The notes below the pieces were generated by a model. That model was not told the DNA's origin and ran no database searches. It saw only the letters and a program-made list of their open reading frames with translations. Shown here piece by piece: positions 33,454 through 46,900 of a stretch of DNA of 64,000 nt. Source of the stretch: Eledone cirrhosa (taxonomy: Eukaryota); contig OZ024740.1 in the NCBI GenBank assembly GCA_964016885.1, positions 112,964,001 through 113,028,000 of the forward strand, written 5' to 3'. Position 1 is the stretch's first letter. The number at the start of each line of letters is the position of its first letter. Both the position numbers and the translations under genes were made by a program.

Positions 33454-35072
33454 CTAATGTATTGGTACGTGATGGGGCCCACCCACAGCCCCGGCGGACA
33501 GAATGGAGAAGGCGTTTCCCCGGAGGACGGCAAGAGAGACGCGCTGGAAAAGCCGCTCCAACTCCCGGGGCTCACACCTGCGGTTGGCCAGTTCAGCGCC
33601 TATGGTGGTGAGTAAGGAGGTAGCCCTGGGGCCGAGGACACCAGAAGTCTCCACTGCCAGGGGAACGACCGCAAACCTGTCGGAGAGCGACCGGTATTTG
33701 AGGAGTTTGGTCCCCTCAGCCCGACGTGCAGCAGAACCTGGGTCAGTCGCAGTCTGCTCCAGGTTGCGGCTGCAGAAAGTGTCGGTTCAAGTGGCATCCC
33801 AGACGAGGGGTTTGCCACCGCGGAACGGGAAGATGGTCATGCCATCTGGCCTTTTGCCGTCCCCTCGATCCAGCCCCACCGGCTCGAGCTGGGAAGGGAA
33901 GCCTGCAGCGTCCAAGCCATGCTTAATGACCTCGTTGAGGGCAGCATGGCGTGGAATGCGGCCGGCACTGTGGCGACATGAAAGCGGGTGGAGGCTGAAA
34001 GAGTCCACGGAGGAACCGCAGCGACATTGGTGTGGTGGCAGATCCGGAGGCCAAGCCTCAGGGAAACACCGATTCGCAAGCTATGGTTGTCTAGCTGCGT
34101 GCCAGTGGAGAAGGAGGGCAGAGCATGGAGCCAGGCACCACTGTGGGGTTTGGAGGCCACACGATAACAAGCAAGGCAGTGCTGGTCGAGCTGGCGCGTG
34201 AGCCTGTCTGAGGCCAGGCTGCACTGGATGGCATCCCAAGTGCGTTGGGGGGACTTGACATCAACAGGGCGAGAAGGAGGAGGGACGTCTACTGGGCTAA
34301 GTCCCAGCCGGTCCAAAGTCTCACAGGCGGCCTCACGTTCTCTGAACACAGAGGGTTCTGTTGTGTTTTGAAGAACCCTGCTGACGAGGACGCGGCACGA
34401 GGTTACCGACGAAAGATACGCCGGCAAAGCTAGTGAGATCGGGGACTGGAGGCCAAGGCCACCATACCTGACAGGTAAAGTGGCCTGCTGCCACCCTATG
34501 TTGTCAAACTTAGCGTTGCATATCCCCTCGGCTGCTGCTTAGATACAAGTATCGAGGTCAGCGAGGAGAGATGTCTGGGTGCAGCAGACATCTCTCCTCG
34601 CTGTATAGAGGAGCTTCGGCATGGCGAAGTAGTTCCTCAGCAGAAAGAGAGCTGGGTGGCCGTCAATCAAGCCCAGTCGGTTCGTGAGAGTCTGGAGCTG
34701 TTGAAGCCTGGACCTGATGGTGGAGCGGATGGCCGGCGGATGGATCGGTGACCCGAAGATGAGGATATCCTCTTTGGGGTTACCTGAACCTGGCGGAGAG
34801 TGGACCGCACGTCCAAGACGGACGCTGCAAAGCTCGCAGCATCGAGGCGGACGTTCACCACCTCCGACTTGGCCGAGTTGACCTGGAGGCCGATTCCCGC
34901 CAGGGCAGGAACCACCGATTGAAGGTCATGGCAGACCCTCCGTACGAGCCCGCCCAACGTAGCATCATGCAGATACCAAAACGTTGAGAGGGGCCGTGAT
35001 ATTCCGGGCGATGTGGTCAATACCAAGGGCGAACAGGAGAGGTCCCAAAGGGTCGCCCTGTTGGACCCCAGT
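33454..35072 (-). pseudogene. 5'-truncated, frameshifted CRE-clade-like non-LTR retrotransposon (RT, Zn finger, RLE)
   Basis: GVQQGDPLGPLLFAL (35025-35070), WYLHDATLGG, SGAWLHALP, CRC..H...C, RHAALN..KRPDGMT..LVWDAT, LFQRVSLAVLRGNA. GC-rich island. Confidence 0.85.
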
Positions 35073-35163
35073 TATATTTTGTTTTGTTCACTTTATAATT
35101 AAATAGCTCTGTTCTATACATAGAGCATTCTTTTTTCTGTTGCTTTTCTTTTGGAATTACATA

Positions 35164-35192
<29 letters not shown>

Positions 35193-35194
<2 letters not shown>

Positions 35195-35500
35195 ATTGTT
35201 TCTACTTTTGGCACAAGGGCAGCAATTAATCAGTGCATTACTGGTACTTTATTTTATCGACCCCGTAAGGATGAAAGGCAATGTTAATCTCGGTGGGATT
35301 TGAACTCAGAATGGCAAGGGCCGTAACTCTATGCGTCAAAGCATGAATGACTTCTGATTTAGGCACAAGGCCAACAATTTTGGCGGGCGTTGAAAGTCGA
35401 TTAAATGGAGCCTAGTGCGTTACTGGTATTTTAATATATCGACCCCGTAAGGATGAAGGGCAAAGCTAACCTCGGTGGCATTTGAACGTAAAGGTCCGTA
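35193..35500 (-). mobile_element. Two adjacent tRNA-derived SINEs
   Basis: Two successive atcgaccccgtaaggatgaa..gcaa cores. Confidence 0.85.
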
Positions 35501-35569
35501 AGCACATATATAATCATTCTCCGCTTCCAACCAACCCTTCAAAGCTCTCCTTAAATGCCTGCATTATAG

Positions 35570-35740
35570 CAGTATCGGTAGAGAGTCGGACGCCATGCTT
35601 TCCAGCATAGTTACGTCCCTTTACGGTCTGAGTTCAAATCCCGCCGAGGTTCACTTTGCCTTTCATCCTTACGGGGTCGATACAATAGAGTACCAGTAAT
35701 GTACTGGATAATTGCTGGCCTTGTGCCAAAAGTAGAAGCA
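35570..35740 (+). mobile_element. tRNA-derived SINE with 7-bp TSD inside a duplicated segment
   Basis: attatag at 35563-35569 and 35741-35747. The empty site is present in the inverted paralog near 37965-37985. Confidence 0.85.
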
Positions 35741-36100
35741 ATTATAGTAATCAAAAGAAAATAGTCTAAACAATTTAATAATCACATTAAAACTAAAAAG
35801 AAACTCACACAAAACAATAGATACGCTATAGATAAAACTTACAAGGAAACTAAAGGCAAGTTCTAGACAAAAAATATCATACGATACTATACAACACAAA
35901 ACAATAAATACAAATGTAAAACTCAAATAAGAGACTTATAGTAAACCCAAACATCATGAAACCATAATTATTATGCATATATATATCACCACTTGAAAGC
36001 GGCCGACCGGGGTAGAAGCTGCTAAATGTTCGGTCGCCCTCATGTCTCTGATTTTCAGCCCCATGGATTTTGTCTATTATATTCCTTTGTTATATTTCGA

Positions 36101-36158
36101 ATACCTGATGATGTCACCGGATTCATACTGAACCCGGTCATTGAAGTGATCATAGTAT
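36101..36158 (+). ncRNA. Type I hammerhead ribozyme with a GAAG core variant
   Basis: atac-CTGATGA-..accgg...ccggt..-GAAG-t-GATC-a-TA^gtat, immediately followed by AATAAA. Confidence 0.7.
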
Positions 36159-36504
36159 AATAAACTTTTTAAGGAATTACCAGTCCAGCCTCCTGTTATT
36201 TTATGATATACTAGCATTAAAGTCCGGCGTTGCTCGGGGTCAGTAAGTTACCAAAGTTAGGTTGTACCACCCATTTTATGGCAGAACTTTTTTGTCTGCC
36301 AGGCACTGGGTGAATGAATTGCGGACCTGGACTGCCGGAGCAGGAGCTGCGCCAGCAGTGACAATTGTAGTTTCGCCTATGAATATTATCTCTGTGCAAA
36401 GAAGTGTTGAAATTTATTGTTTCACAGTACTTGCGCAACACGCGCGTAGACGATGCCAGCAGAACAACAGAGCTGCGATGGAGTTGTTCTGCATGGTTGT
36501 CTAA

Positions 36505-36678
36505 TATGTGTTTTCTAAATTTAAGACAGTAGGGAGGGGTGTGATATGGGGGAGAGTTAGCTGCTGTTTCTAGCAGGATTAGTGAGCTCATAGCGGATAT
36601 GTTTTCTAAATTTAAGACAGTAGGGAGTGGTGTGATATGGAGGAGAGTTAGCTGCTGTTTCTAGCAGGTGTAGTGACC
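36505..36678 (+). repeat. 91-bp-period direct tandem duplication
   Basis: gttttctaaatttaagacagtagggag...gctgctgtttctagcagg starts at 36510 and at 36601. Confidence 0.9.
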
Positions 36679-36955
36679 TAATAGAGGATATTATTGTGTA
36701 TAATAAATGAACTGATACTTCTTTCTTCCACGTTCGTTGATAGATGTTTTAAAAAAGATTTATCGCTATTTTTTTTGTTGTTGAATAAATTTATCTGTTG
36801 CTTTTGAATAATTGTTGTTTCGTATGAAATGTAATACGTTCTCTTTGTCATTGAAGTAAATAAATGTTTGACAGTTCCACACTCAAAAACAAACGTTCTC
36901 TCTCTCTCTCTCCCTCTCACCCCTCTCTCTTAAAGTTTGTAAGTTTAATCATCAT

Positions 36956-37494
36956 CATCATTATCTATAAAAGAAAGATTGTTGTTGTTGTGTGTGTATG
37001 TGTACATGTTCCATGTTTATACATTTGCACAATTTCAAACCGATTAGACTCAACGCCTGTAAGAATGTTGTAAATGGTCTAACTCAGGTCAACGACTATT
37101 TATTTCATTCAAACTCACCCACAATTACGGAAATAATCGATAAAACTAAATACATGACGCTTTCCCCCTTTAATACAATCAGAAATCCTCTCTCTACCCC
37201 CCTTAAAATTCGATAAAACTACATAAATGCTGCAACTTTCTCTGATGAAGGGGAGTAGAGAGAGGTTTCTGATTGTATTAGAGGGGTAAAGCGTCATGTA
37301 TTTAGTTTTATCGATTATTTCCGTAATTGTGGGTGAGTTTGAATGAAATAAATAGTCGTTGACCTAAGTTAGACCATTTACAACATTCTTACACACTTTG
37401 AATCGCCGAATCGGTTTGAAATTGTGCAAATTTATAAACATGGAACATGCACACACACAACAACAACAACAATCTGCCTTTTATAGATAATGAT
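36956..37494. repeat. Long fold-back palindrome (~245-bp arms, ~40-bp spacer)
   Basis: 36956-37204 is inverted at 37248-37494. Confidence 0.9.
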
Positions 37495-38032
37495 ATATAT
37501 ATATATATAACTTTATCCCGGGTTCAATCGGGGGTAACAACAGTGAGTAAGGTACTCAATACATAGCAGAACTATATTATATATATATATATATAGTTCT
37601 GCTATGAATTGAGTACAAAGTACAAAGGAATATAATAGACAAAATCCATGGGGCTGAAAATCAGAGAGATGAGGGCGCCAAACATTTAGCAGCTTCTACC
37701 CCGGTCGGCCGCTTTCAAGTGGTGATATATATATATGCATAATAATTATGGTTTCATGATGTTTGGGTTTACTATAAGTCTCTTAGTTGAGTTTTACATT
37801 TGTATTTATTGTTTTGTGTTGTATAGTATCGTATGATATTTTTTGTCTAGAACTTGCCTTTAGTTTCCTTGTAAGTTTTATCTATAGCGTATCTATTGTT
37901 TTGTGTGAGTTTCTTTTTAGTTTTAATGTTTCTCTTTAGTTTTAATTGTTTAGACTATTTTCTTTTGATTAATATAATGCAGGTGTTTAGAGAGAGCTTT
38001 GAAGAGTTGGTTGGAAGCGGGGAATGATTATA

Positions 38033-38093
<61 letters not shown>

Positions 38094-38199
38094 ATAATAA
38101 TAAATTTGAAGACTAAAATCCAAAGAGGGCTCGATAAGGTTTCAGAAGATCCCGTTAAGGGTGAAAGCAGCGATTCTTTGCTTAAACTTTAATCTGTTA

Positions 38200-38254
<55 letters not shown>

Positions 38255-38306
38255 GCACAGGTATAGGCGATATATACATATATACATGCATACAAACAAC
38301 ACACAT

Positions 38307-38404
<98 letters not shown>

Positions 38405-38539
38405 ATATATGTATATATCGCTTATGCCTGTGCATCGTGTGCTGATACTGGTACCACCACCAGTAATGCATTAACTCACATACACAATATATATATAATA
38501 TACATATAAATATATATAAATATATATATATATATATAA

Positions 38540-38722
38540 AGGACTCCCACAGGACTAAAACTGTTTCATTCGTATAATCACCAGGAATACACTGATGATT
38601 TCATACGTATGAATCAGTTGTAGCCTTGTAGAAGTCATTTATATATATAATAAAGATGTCTATACTCTGCCAACGTATGAACACTTCTTTAACTATGCTT
38701 ATCCACGACAAATCTTGGGAAC
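38540..38722 (+). mobile_element. Older, diverged fold-back element, family A
   Basis: acaggactaaaactgtttcattcg...ctgatgatttcatacgtatgaatcagttgtagccttgtagaag. Confidence 0.7.
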
Positions 38723-38738
38723 ATACACACACACACAC

Positions 38739-38821
<83 letters not shown>

Positions 38822-38976
38822 CAAATTGAAGTAACGGAGTCAGACACTCGCGTTAGTCCCTGTAATTCCTGAGCCCAAGAATTCTGGGCTTTTCAAATAT
38901 AATATAGAAAACAAAACACACAAAAGAGAGAGAGAGAGAGATAGAGATAGAGAGAGAGAGAGAGAGAGAGTGTGTG

Positions 38977-39026
<50 letters not shown>

Positions 39027-39097
39027 AATATATAATATATATATAATACATATATGTATATATATATTGTGTAGGTTCCTGAGATTTGTTGGGGGTA

Positions 39098-39159
<62 letters not shown>

Positions 39160-39574
39160 CACAACACAACCACACACACAGATAAATAGATAGATATGAA
39201 TATATCGCAAAAATAAAAATAAAAAACATAAAAGAGTTAACTATAATGCTACTTTCATATCAATTTCATGTGCCCCCCCCCCCATACACACACACAGCCC
39301 CACCCCGCTGTGATGATGAAAATAAACAACTGAAAAAATGAGAACTCAAACAACAACTAACTAAAAAAAGCCGTAAAACGAAAACAAAACGAAAGAGCTG
39401 TTGAAATGAAATAAGCAGCAAACGAGTATATGCTGTCTTACAAGAAAGTCGTTAACAACCGAACGACACTTAAGTTAAGTATGGCAAATATTATGCACAC
39501 AATTACATATCTTTAGTATAAGGTGGAAGAAATACACACGTAAGCACACTCACACACAGACACTCGCACATACA

Positions 39575-39612
<38 letters not shown>

Positions 39613-39796
39613 ATTATTTATATATCTGAAGAGCAAATATAGAGAAAAAAAATACCCTAATTATTCTTAATAGTCCCGAATGCACAGTTTCACCAATTGG
39701 TAGGTAGCCGAAGTGTAGTTAAAGTGCACCCAAGCTATACACATAGACGGACGCGCACGCGCGCGCGCACACACACACACACGCACACACGCACAG

Positions 39797-39889
<93 letters not shown>

Positions 39890-39901
39890 TATATGTATAT
39901 C

Positions 39902-40072
39902 TAAGTTTATCCCGGGGTCTATCGGGGGTAACCTCAGTAAGTAAGGTACTCATACATAGCAGAGTAGAAATATTTTATATACAAAATGGCTTCTACAGGA
40001 CTAGAACTGTTTCATTCCTGATGATTTCTCCCGAATGAAACTGTTCTAGTCTTGTAGAAGCCATTTCTATAT

Positions 40073-40078
<6 letters not shown>
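39902..40078. mobile_element. Fold-back element, family A (tail on the left)
   Basis: Reverse-complement tail and arm, then cctgatgatttctcccgaatgaaactgttctagtcttgtagaagcc. Confidence 0.85.
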
Positions 40079-40115
<37 letters not shown>

Positions 40116-40117
<2 letters not shown>

Positions 40118-40307
40118 CGAAGGAAGTGCGGTAATGAACCGGGTGGACCATAACGAACCGGAGTACTCGATACTTAGGGTAGTAGAGTGGGTAATAGGAA
40201 AAGAGTCAGGACCCCGACGGCTGAGCTCCGGCCGTTTCGACATCTAGTTCAGAACTAGCTGTCGAAACGGCCGGAGCTCAGCCCTCGGGGTCCTGACTCT
40301 TTTCCTA
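40116..40307. mobile_element. Fold-back element, family B
   Basis: Apex tagttc-a-gaacta; (TA)n on both sides. Confidence 0.9.
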
Positions 40308-40895
<588 letters not shown>

Positions 40896-40958
40896 TATAT
40901 TATATTTTGAGAATAAACTCTCAGTCGTTTACAATAATCCAGCTCCAAATATATATAT

Positions 40959-41007
<49 letters not shown>

Positions 41008-41054
41008 TATATATATATATATACACATATATATACATATATATATATATACAC

Positions 41055-41139
<85 letters not shown>

Positions 41140-41288
41140 TATATATACACACACATACACACACACATAACACCCATACACACACACACAACTCCCTCCC
41201 CCATTTCTACTAATATAATCATCTTCCTACTCACACACGCACACACACACACATACACATAGAAACACACACACACACATACACATAG

Positions 41289-41329
<41 letters not shown>

Positions 41330-41419
41330 GACACACACATACACATACACACACAAGCACACAAATAAACATACATATCTCTACTTTCTTTATTTCAATA
41401 GAAAGTCTGAATTCTGACA

Positions 41420-41720
41420 CCCCAGCGCACCAGCCATATTCACTGAACCAGAACAATTCTCCTCATCCCATTTTTCTTGACCATTATCTTTTGTTTGGCA
41501 CAAAATTCTCTAAAAGGCTACAAAATAAATTCCTAAATATGGGCGCGAAATTTAATGTACTTGTTCCACGTGGCAGTCATAATTTCATTTATAACCAATC
41601 AAATTACATTTCAGCACATCCGTCATACTCAGAACAACACTGTCCATCCCTTTTTCTTGAACATTATCTTTTGTTTGGCACAAAATTCTCTAAATGGCTT
41701 TAAAAAAATTCCAAAATAAA
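41420..41720 (+). repeat. 180-bp-period diverged tandem duplication
   Basis: cattatcttttgtttggcacaaaattctctaaa starts at 41482 and at 41662. Confidence 0.8.
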
Positions 41721-41772
41721 TATATATTTAAAAAAAAAAGACACCAGTTGCATTTTCGATTTCATCCTTTTC

Positions 41773-41823
<51 letters not shown>

Positions 41824-42033
41824 CATATAAACTTACATAAGTCTCGCTTTGGGTATTTTAATCTGAGATCATGTCACGGCTACTTCAGAAACAGTGTACG
41901 AAGGCCAAATACTAGTAAATCAGGATTTTGTGTATCAAACTTTAGCGATATCTTTTACCTGGTATTGAGATGAAATAATTTGCCCCCACACATACACTCA
42001 CAGACACACACACACACACACACGCACACACAC

Positions 42034-42176
<143 letters not shown>

Positions 42177-42194
42177 CACACGCACGCACACACG

Positions 42195-42248
<54 letters not shown>

Positions 42249-42398
42249 CACACATAGGTTTAGTAAATAATACATTTATGAATATGCTCATTTGCATATA
42301 GCGTGCGTTTGACGAACTGGGATTAATTACCATTTGCACTAACGAGCGTGATTCAGTATAGATTCGTTGTATGAATGCATATATAATGTTTATATATA

Positions 42399-42582
42399 AT
42401 TGTTTCTACTTTTGGCACAAGGCCAGCAATAACCCACTGCATTACTGGTACTTTATTTTATCGACCCCGTAAGGATGAAAGGCAAAGTCAACCTCAGCGG
42501 GATTTGAACTCAGAATGGCAAGGGCCGTAACTCTATACGTCAAAGCATGGAGTCCGATCCACTACCGATATTGCCTATCCAC
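42399..42582 (-). mobile_element. tRNA-derived SINE
   Basis: Full-length family match. Confidence 0.9.
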
Positions 42583-42825
42583 ATATTATAAACCTACATA
42601 AGTGTCGTTGTGAATATGCTAAGCCATGATCATGTTACAGCTATCTGCGTAACCATATGAGAATGCCAAATATTTCAAGATTTTTAGGCAAAATAAGCTA
42701 ACAGCTTATATATATATTTTTTGATTTGGAGATACTTATTTGCACTCAATGTAGGATTGACGGGCTAGTACTCATGAGCAGTGGCAATAAGACAGCAGAA
42801 TAATTATTGACTTAAAACGTGGTTT

Positions 42826-43165
42826 ACTCAGCCACTTAGACTGTGATACGCTCAGCCACTTAGTCTATGGAATATTCTGCCACTTAGACTGTAGAATGTT
42901 CAGCCACTTAGATTGTAGAGTGCTTAGCCATTTACACTGTGATATGCTCAGCCACGTAGACAGTGGTATGCTCAGTGACTTAGACTGTGGTATGCTCAGC
43001 CACTCAGAATATGGTATGGTCAGCCACCGAGACTGGAATGTTCAACCACTTAGACTATGGAATGTTCAGCCATTTAGACAGTGGTATTCTCAGCCACTTA
43101 GATAGTGGTATGCTCAGCCACTTAGACAGTGGTACGCTCAGCTCCTTACACTGTGGTATACTCAC
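42826..43165 (+). repeat. 24-bp minisatellite (~14 copies)
   Basis: Unit approximately ctcagccacttagacagtggtatg; no unique spacers. Confidence 0.9.
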
Positions 43166-43426
43166 GAGCAGGCTGTTCCATTGATCAAGCAGTTTGCTTT
43201 TATTTCTAAGACAGAAAAGTGAGATTTTGAGAAGAATTTGATTTCTCTTTCTTTATTACCTTCTCTCAATTTTTTTTCTTTTCCATTCATTCATTCTTTC
43301 ATTCATTTAACTTTTATTCTTTCCATTCTTCCTACAGACACACAACTTTCTCTTTTTGTTTTCATCCCTCTTTTTCTTTAGCACTTCAGAATCAGTAGAT
43401 CATCGAATAAAATGGTAGTGCATTAC

Positions 43427-43870
43427 AGTGGATTAGCAGTATCGGTAGAGCGACAGACACCATCCTTTGCAGCAGAGAGTTAGGGCCCTTTACGATCTGA
43501 GTTCAAATCCCGCCGAGGTTAACTTTGCCTTTCATCCTTACCGGGTCGATAAAATAAAGTACCAGTAATACACTGATATAATTGCTGGCCTTGTGCCCAA
43601 AGTAGAAACAACTATTACTTCCGCCTCTTTACAGAAGTCGATAAAACAGTATCAGTCTAGAGCGGTACTATGGTAGAATTGGTAGAGAGTCGGAAAACAT
43701 CCCACCTGCTATTTTTACTGGCTTACAAAATTCTGAATTCAAATCCCAACCAACTCAACATTACATTTCGTCCTTCCGTGATAAAATAAAGTACCAGTTG
43801 AGTACTGCATTCGATACAATCAACACACACTCACTTCAAATTTGCTGGCTTTCAACCAATGTTACAATTA
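43427..43870 (+). mobile_element. Young SINE (43427-43612) plus older SINE (~43665-43870)
   Basis: Family motifs present twice. Confidence 0.8.
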
Positions 43871-43959
43871 TCCAGGAGTATTTCTTTTTGTCACGTTTTC
43901 TTTCTTTTATATTATTTCTTTTTGTATTGTTTTTTTCTTTAAATAAATTCTTTCTTTTT

Positions 43960-46900
43960 TTCATTCATTCTTTATTTCCCTCGTTCCTTCTTTTTCTCAT
44001 TCATTCATTCTTACTTTCCCTCGTTCCTCCTTTTTTTTTCATTCACTCATTCCTTATGTCCCTCGTTCTTTCTTTTTACATTCATTCATACATTCTTTAT
44101 GTCCCTCGCTCCTTCTTTTTTCATTCATTCATTCATTCTTTATGTCCCTCGTTCCTTCTTTTTTCATTCATTCATTCATTCTTTATGTCCCTCGTTCCTT
44201 CTTTTTTCATTCATTCATTCATTCTTTATGTCCCTCGTTCCTTCTTTTTTCATTTATTTATTCTTTATTTCCCTCGTTCCTTCTTTTTTCATTCATTCAT
44301 TCTTTATTACCCCCGTCCTTCTTTTTTCATTCATTCATTCTTTATTTCCCCCGTTCCTTCTTTTTTCATTCATTCATTCTTTATTACCCCCGTCCTTCTT
44401 TTTTCATTCATTCATTCTTTATTTCCCCCGTTCCTTCTTTTTTCATTCATTCATTCTTTATTTCTCTCGTTCCTTCTTTTTTCAGTCATTCATTCTTTAT
44501 TTCCCCCGTTCCTTCTTTTTTCATTCATTCATTCATTCTTTATGTCCCCCGTTCCTTCTTTTTTCATTCATTCATTCTTTATGTCCCTCGTTCCTTCTTT
44601 ATTAATTCATTCATTTTTTATTTCCCTCGTTCCTTCTTTTTTCATTCATTTATTCTTTATGTCCCTCGTTCCTTCTTTTTTCATTCATTCATTCTTTATT
44701 TCCCTCGTTCCTTCTTTTTTCATTCATTCATTCTTTATGTCCCTCGTTCCTTCGTTTTTCATTCATTCATTCTTTATTTCCCTCGTTCCTTCTTTTTTCA
44801 TTCATTCAATCTTTATGTCCCTGGTTCTTTCTTTTTTCATTCATTCATTCATTCTTTATGTCCCCCGTTCCTTCTTTTTTCATTCATTCATTCTTTATGT
44901 CCCTCGTTCCTCCTTTTTTCATTCATTCATTCTTTATGTCCCTAGTTCTTCCTTTTTACATTCATTCATTCTTTATTTCCCCCATTCCTTCTTTTTTCAT
45001 TCATTCATTCTTTATTTCCCTCGTTACTTCTTTTTTTCATTGATTCATTCTTTATTTCCCTCGTTCCTTCTTTTTTTTCATTCATTCATTCTTTATTTCG
45101 CCCGTTCCTTCTTTTTTTCATTCATTCATTCCTTATTTCCCTCGTTTCTTCTTTTTTCATTCATTCATACTTTATTTCCCTCGTTCCTTCTTTTTCATTC
45201 ATTCATACTTTATTTCCCTCGTTCCTTCTTTTTTTCATTCATTCATTCTTTATTTCCCTCGTTCCTTCTTTTTTTCATTGATTCATTCTTTATTTCCCTC
45301 GCTCCTTCTTTTTTCATTCATTCATTCATTCTTTATGTCCCTCGTTCCTTCTTTTTTCATTCATTCATTCATTCTTTATGTCCCTCGTTCCTTCTTTTTT
45401 CATTCATTCATTCATTCTTTATGTCCCTCGTTCCTTCTTTTTTCATTTATTTATTCTTTATTTCCCTCGTTCCTTCTTTTTTCATTCATTCATTCTTTAT
45501 TACCCCCGTCCTTCTTTTTTCATTCATTCATTCTTTATTTCCCCCGTTCCTTCTTTTTTCATTCATTCATTCTTTATTACCCCCGTCCTTCTTTTTTCAT
45601 TCATTCATTCTTTATTTCCCCCGTTCCTTCTTTTTTCATTCATTCATTCTTTATTTCTCTCGTTCCTTCTTTTTTCAGTCATTCATTCTTTATTTCCCCC
45701 GTTCCTTCTTTTTTCATTCATTCATTCATTCTTTATGTCCCCCGTTCCTTCTTTTTTCATTCATTCATTCTTTATGTCCCTCGTTCCTTCTTTATTAATT
45801 CATTCATTTTTTATTTCCCTCGTTCCTTCTTTTTTCATTCATTTATTCTTTATGTCCCTCGTTCCTTCTTTTTTCATTCATTCATTCTTTATTTCCCTCG
45901 TTCCTTCTTTTTTCATTCATTCATTCTTTATGTCCCTCGTTCCTTCGTTTTTCATTCATTCATTCTTTATTTCCCTCGTTCCTTCTTTTTTCATTCATTC
46001 ATTCTTTATGTCCCTGGTTCTTTCTTTTTTCATTCATTCATTCATTCTTTATGTCCCCCGTTCCTTCTTTTTTCATTCATTCATTCTTTATGTCCCTCGT
46101 TCCTCCTTTTTTCATTCATTCATTCTTTATGTCCCTAGTTCTTCCTTTTTACATTCATTCATTCTTTATTTCCCCCATTCCTTCTTTTTTCATTCATTCA
46201 TTCTTTATTTCCCTCGTTACTTCTTTTTTTCATTGATTCATTCTTTATTTCCCTCGTTCCTTCTTTTTTTTCATTCATTCATTCTTTATTTCGCCCGTTC
46301 CTTCTTTTTTTCATTCATTCATTCCTTATTTCCCTCGTTTCTTCTTTTTTCATTCATTCATACTTTATTTCCCTCGTTCCTTCTTTTTCATTCATTCATA
46401 CTTTATTTCCCTCGTTCCTTCTTTTTTTCATTCATTCATTCTTTATTTCCCTCGTTCCTTCTTTTTTTCATTGATTCATTCTTTATTTCCCTCGCTCCTT
46501 CTTTTTTCATTCATTCATTCATTCTTTATGTCCCTCGTTCCTTCTTTTTTCATTCATTCATTCATTCTTTATGTCCCTCGTTCCTTCTTTTTTCATTCAT
46601 TCATTCATTCTTTATGTCCCTCGTTCCTTCTTTTTTCATTTATTTATTCTTTATTTCCCTCGTTCCTTCTTTTTTCATTCATTCATTCTTTATTACCCCC
46701 GTCCTTCTTTTTTCATTCATTCATTCTTTATTTCCCCCGTTCCTTCTTTTTTCATTCATTCATTCTTTATTACCCCCGTCCTTCTTTTTTCATTCATTCA
46801 TTCTTTATTTCCCCCGTTCCTTCTTTTTTCATTCATTCATTCTTTATTTCTCTCGTTCCTTCTTTTTTCAGTCATTCATTCTTTATTTCCCCCGTTCCTT

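Larger units (their letters stand above)
35505..38035. repeat. ~410-bp inverted duplication (35505-36090 vs 37622-38035)
   Basis: Long reverse-complement identity apart from the SINE insertion. Confidence 0.9.

Noticed and set aside
33503-34201. 232-aa plus-strand ORF
   Set aside because: Antisense of the GC-rich CRE-like element.
42826-43165. CRISPR-like array or 8-aa repeat protein
   Set aside because: Contiguous 24-bp units with no unique spacers, no cas genes, eukaryotic context and a broken frame.
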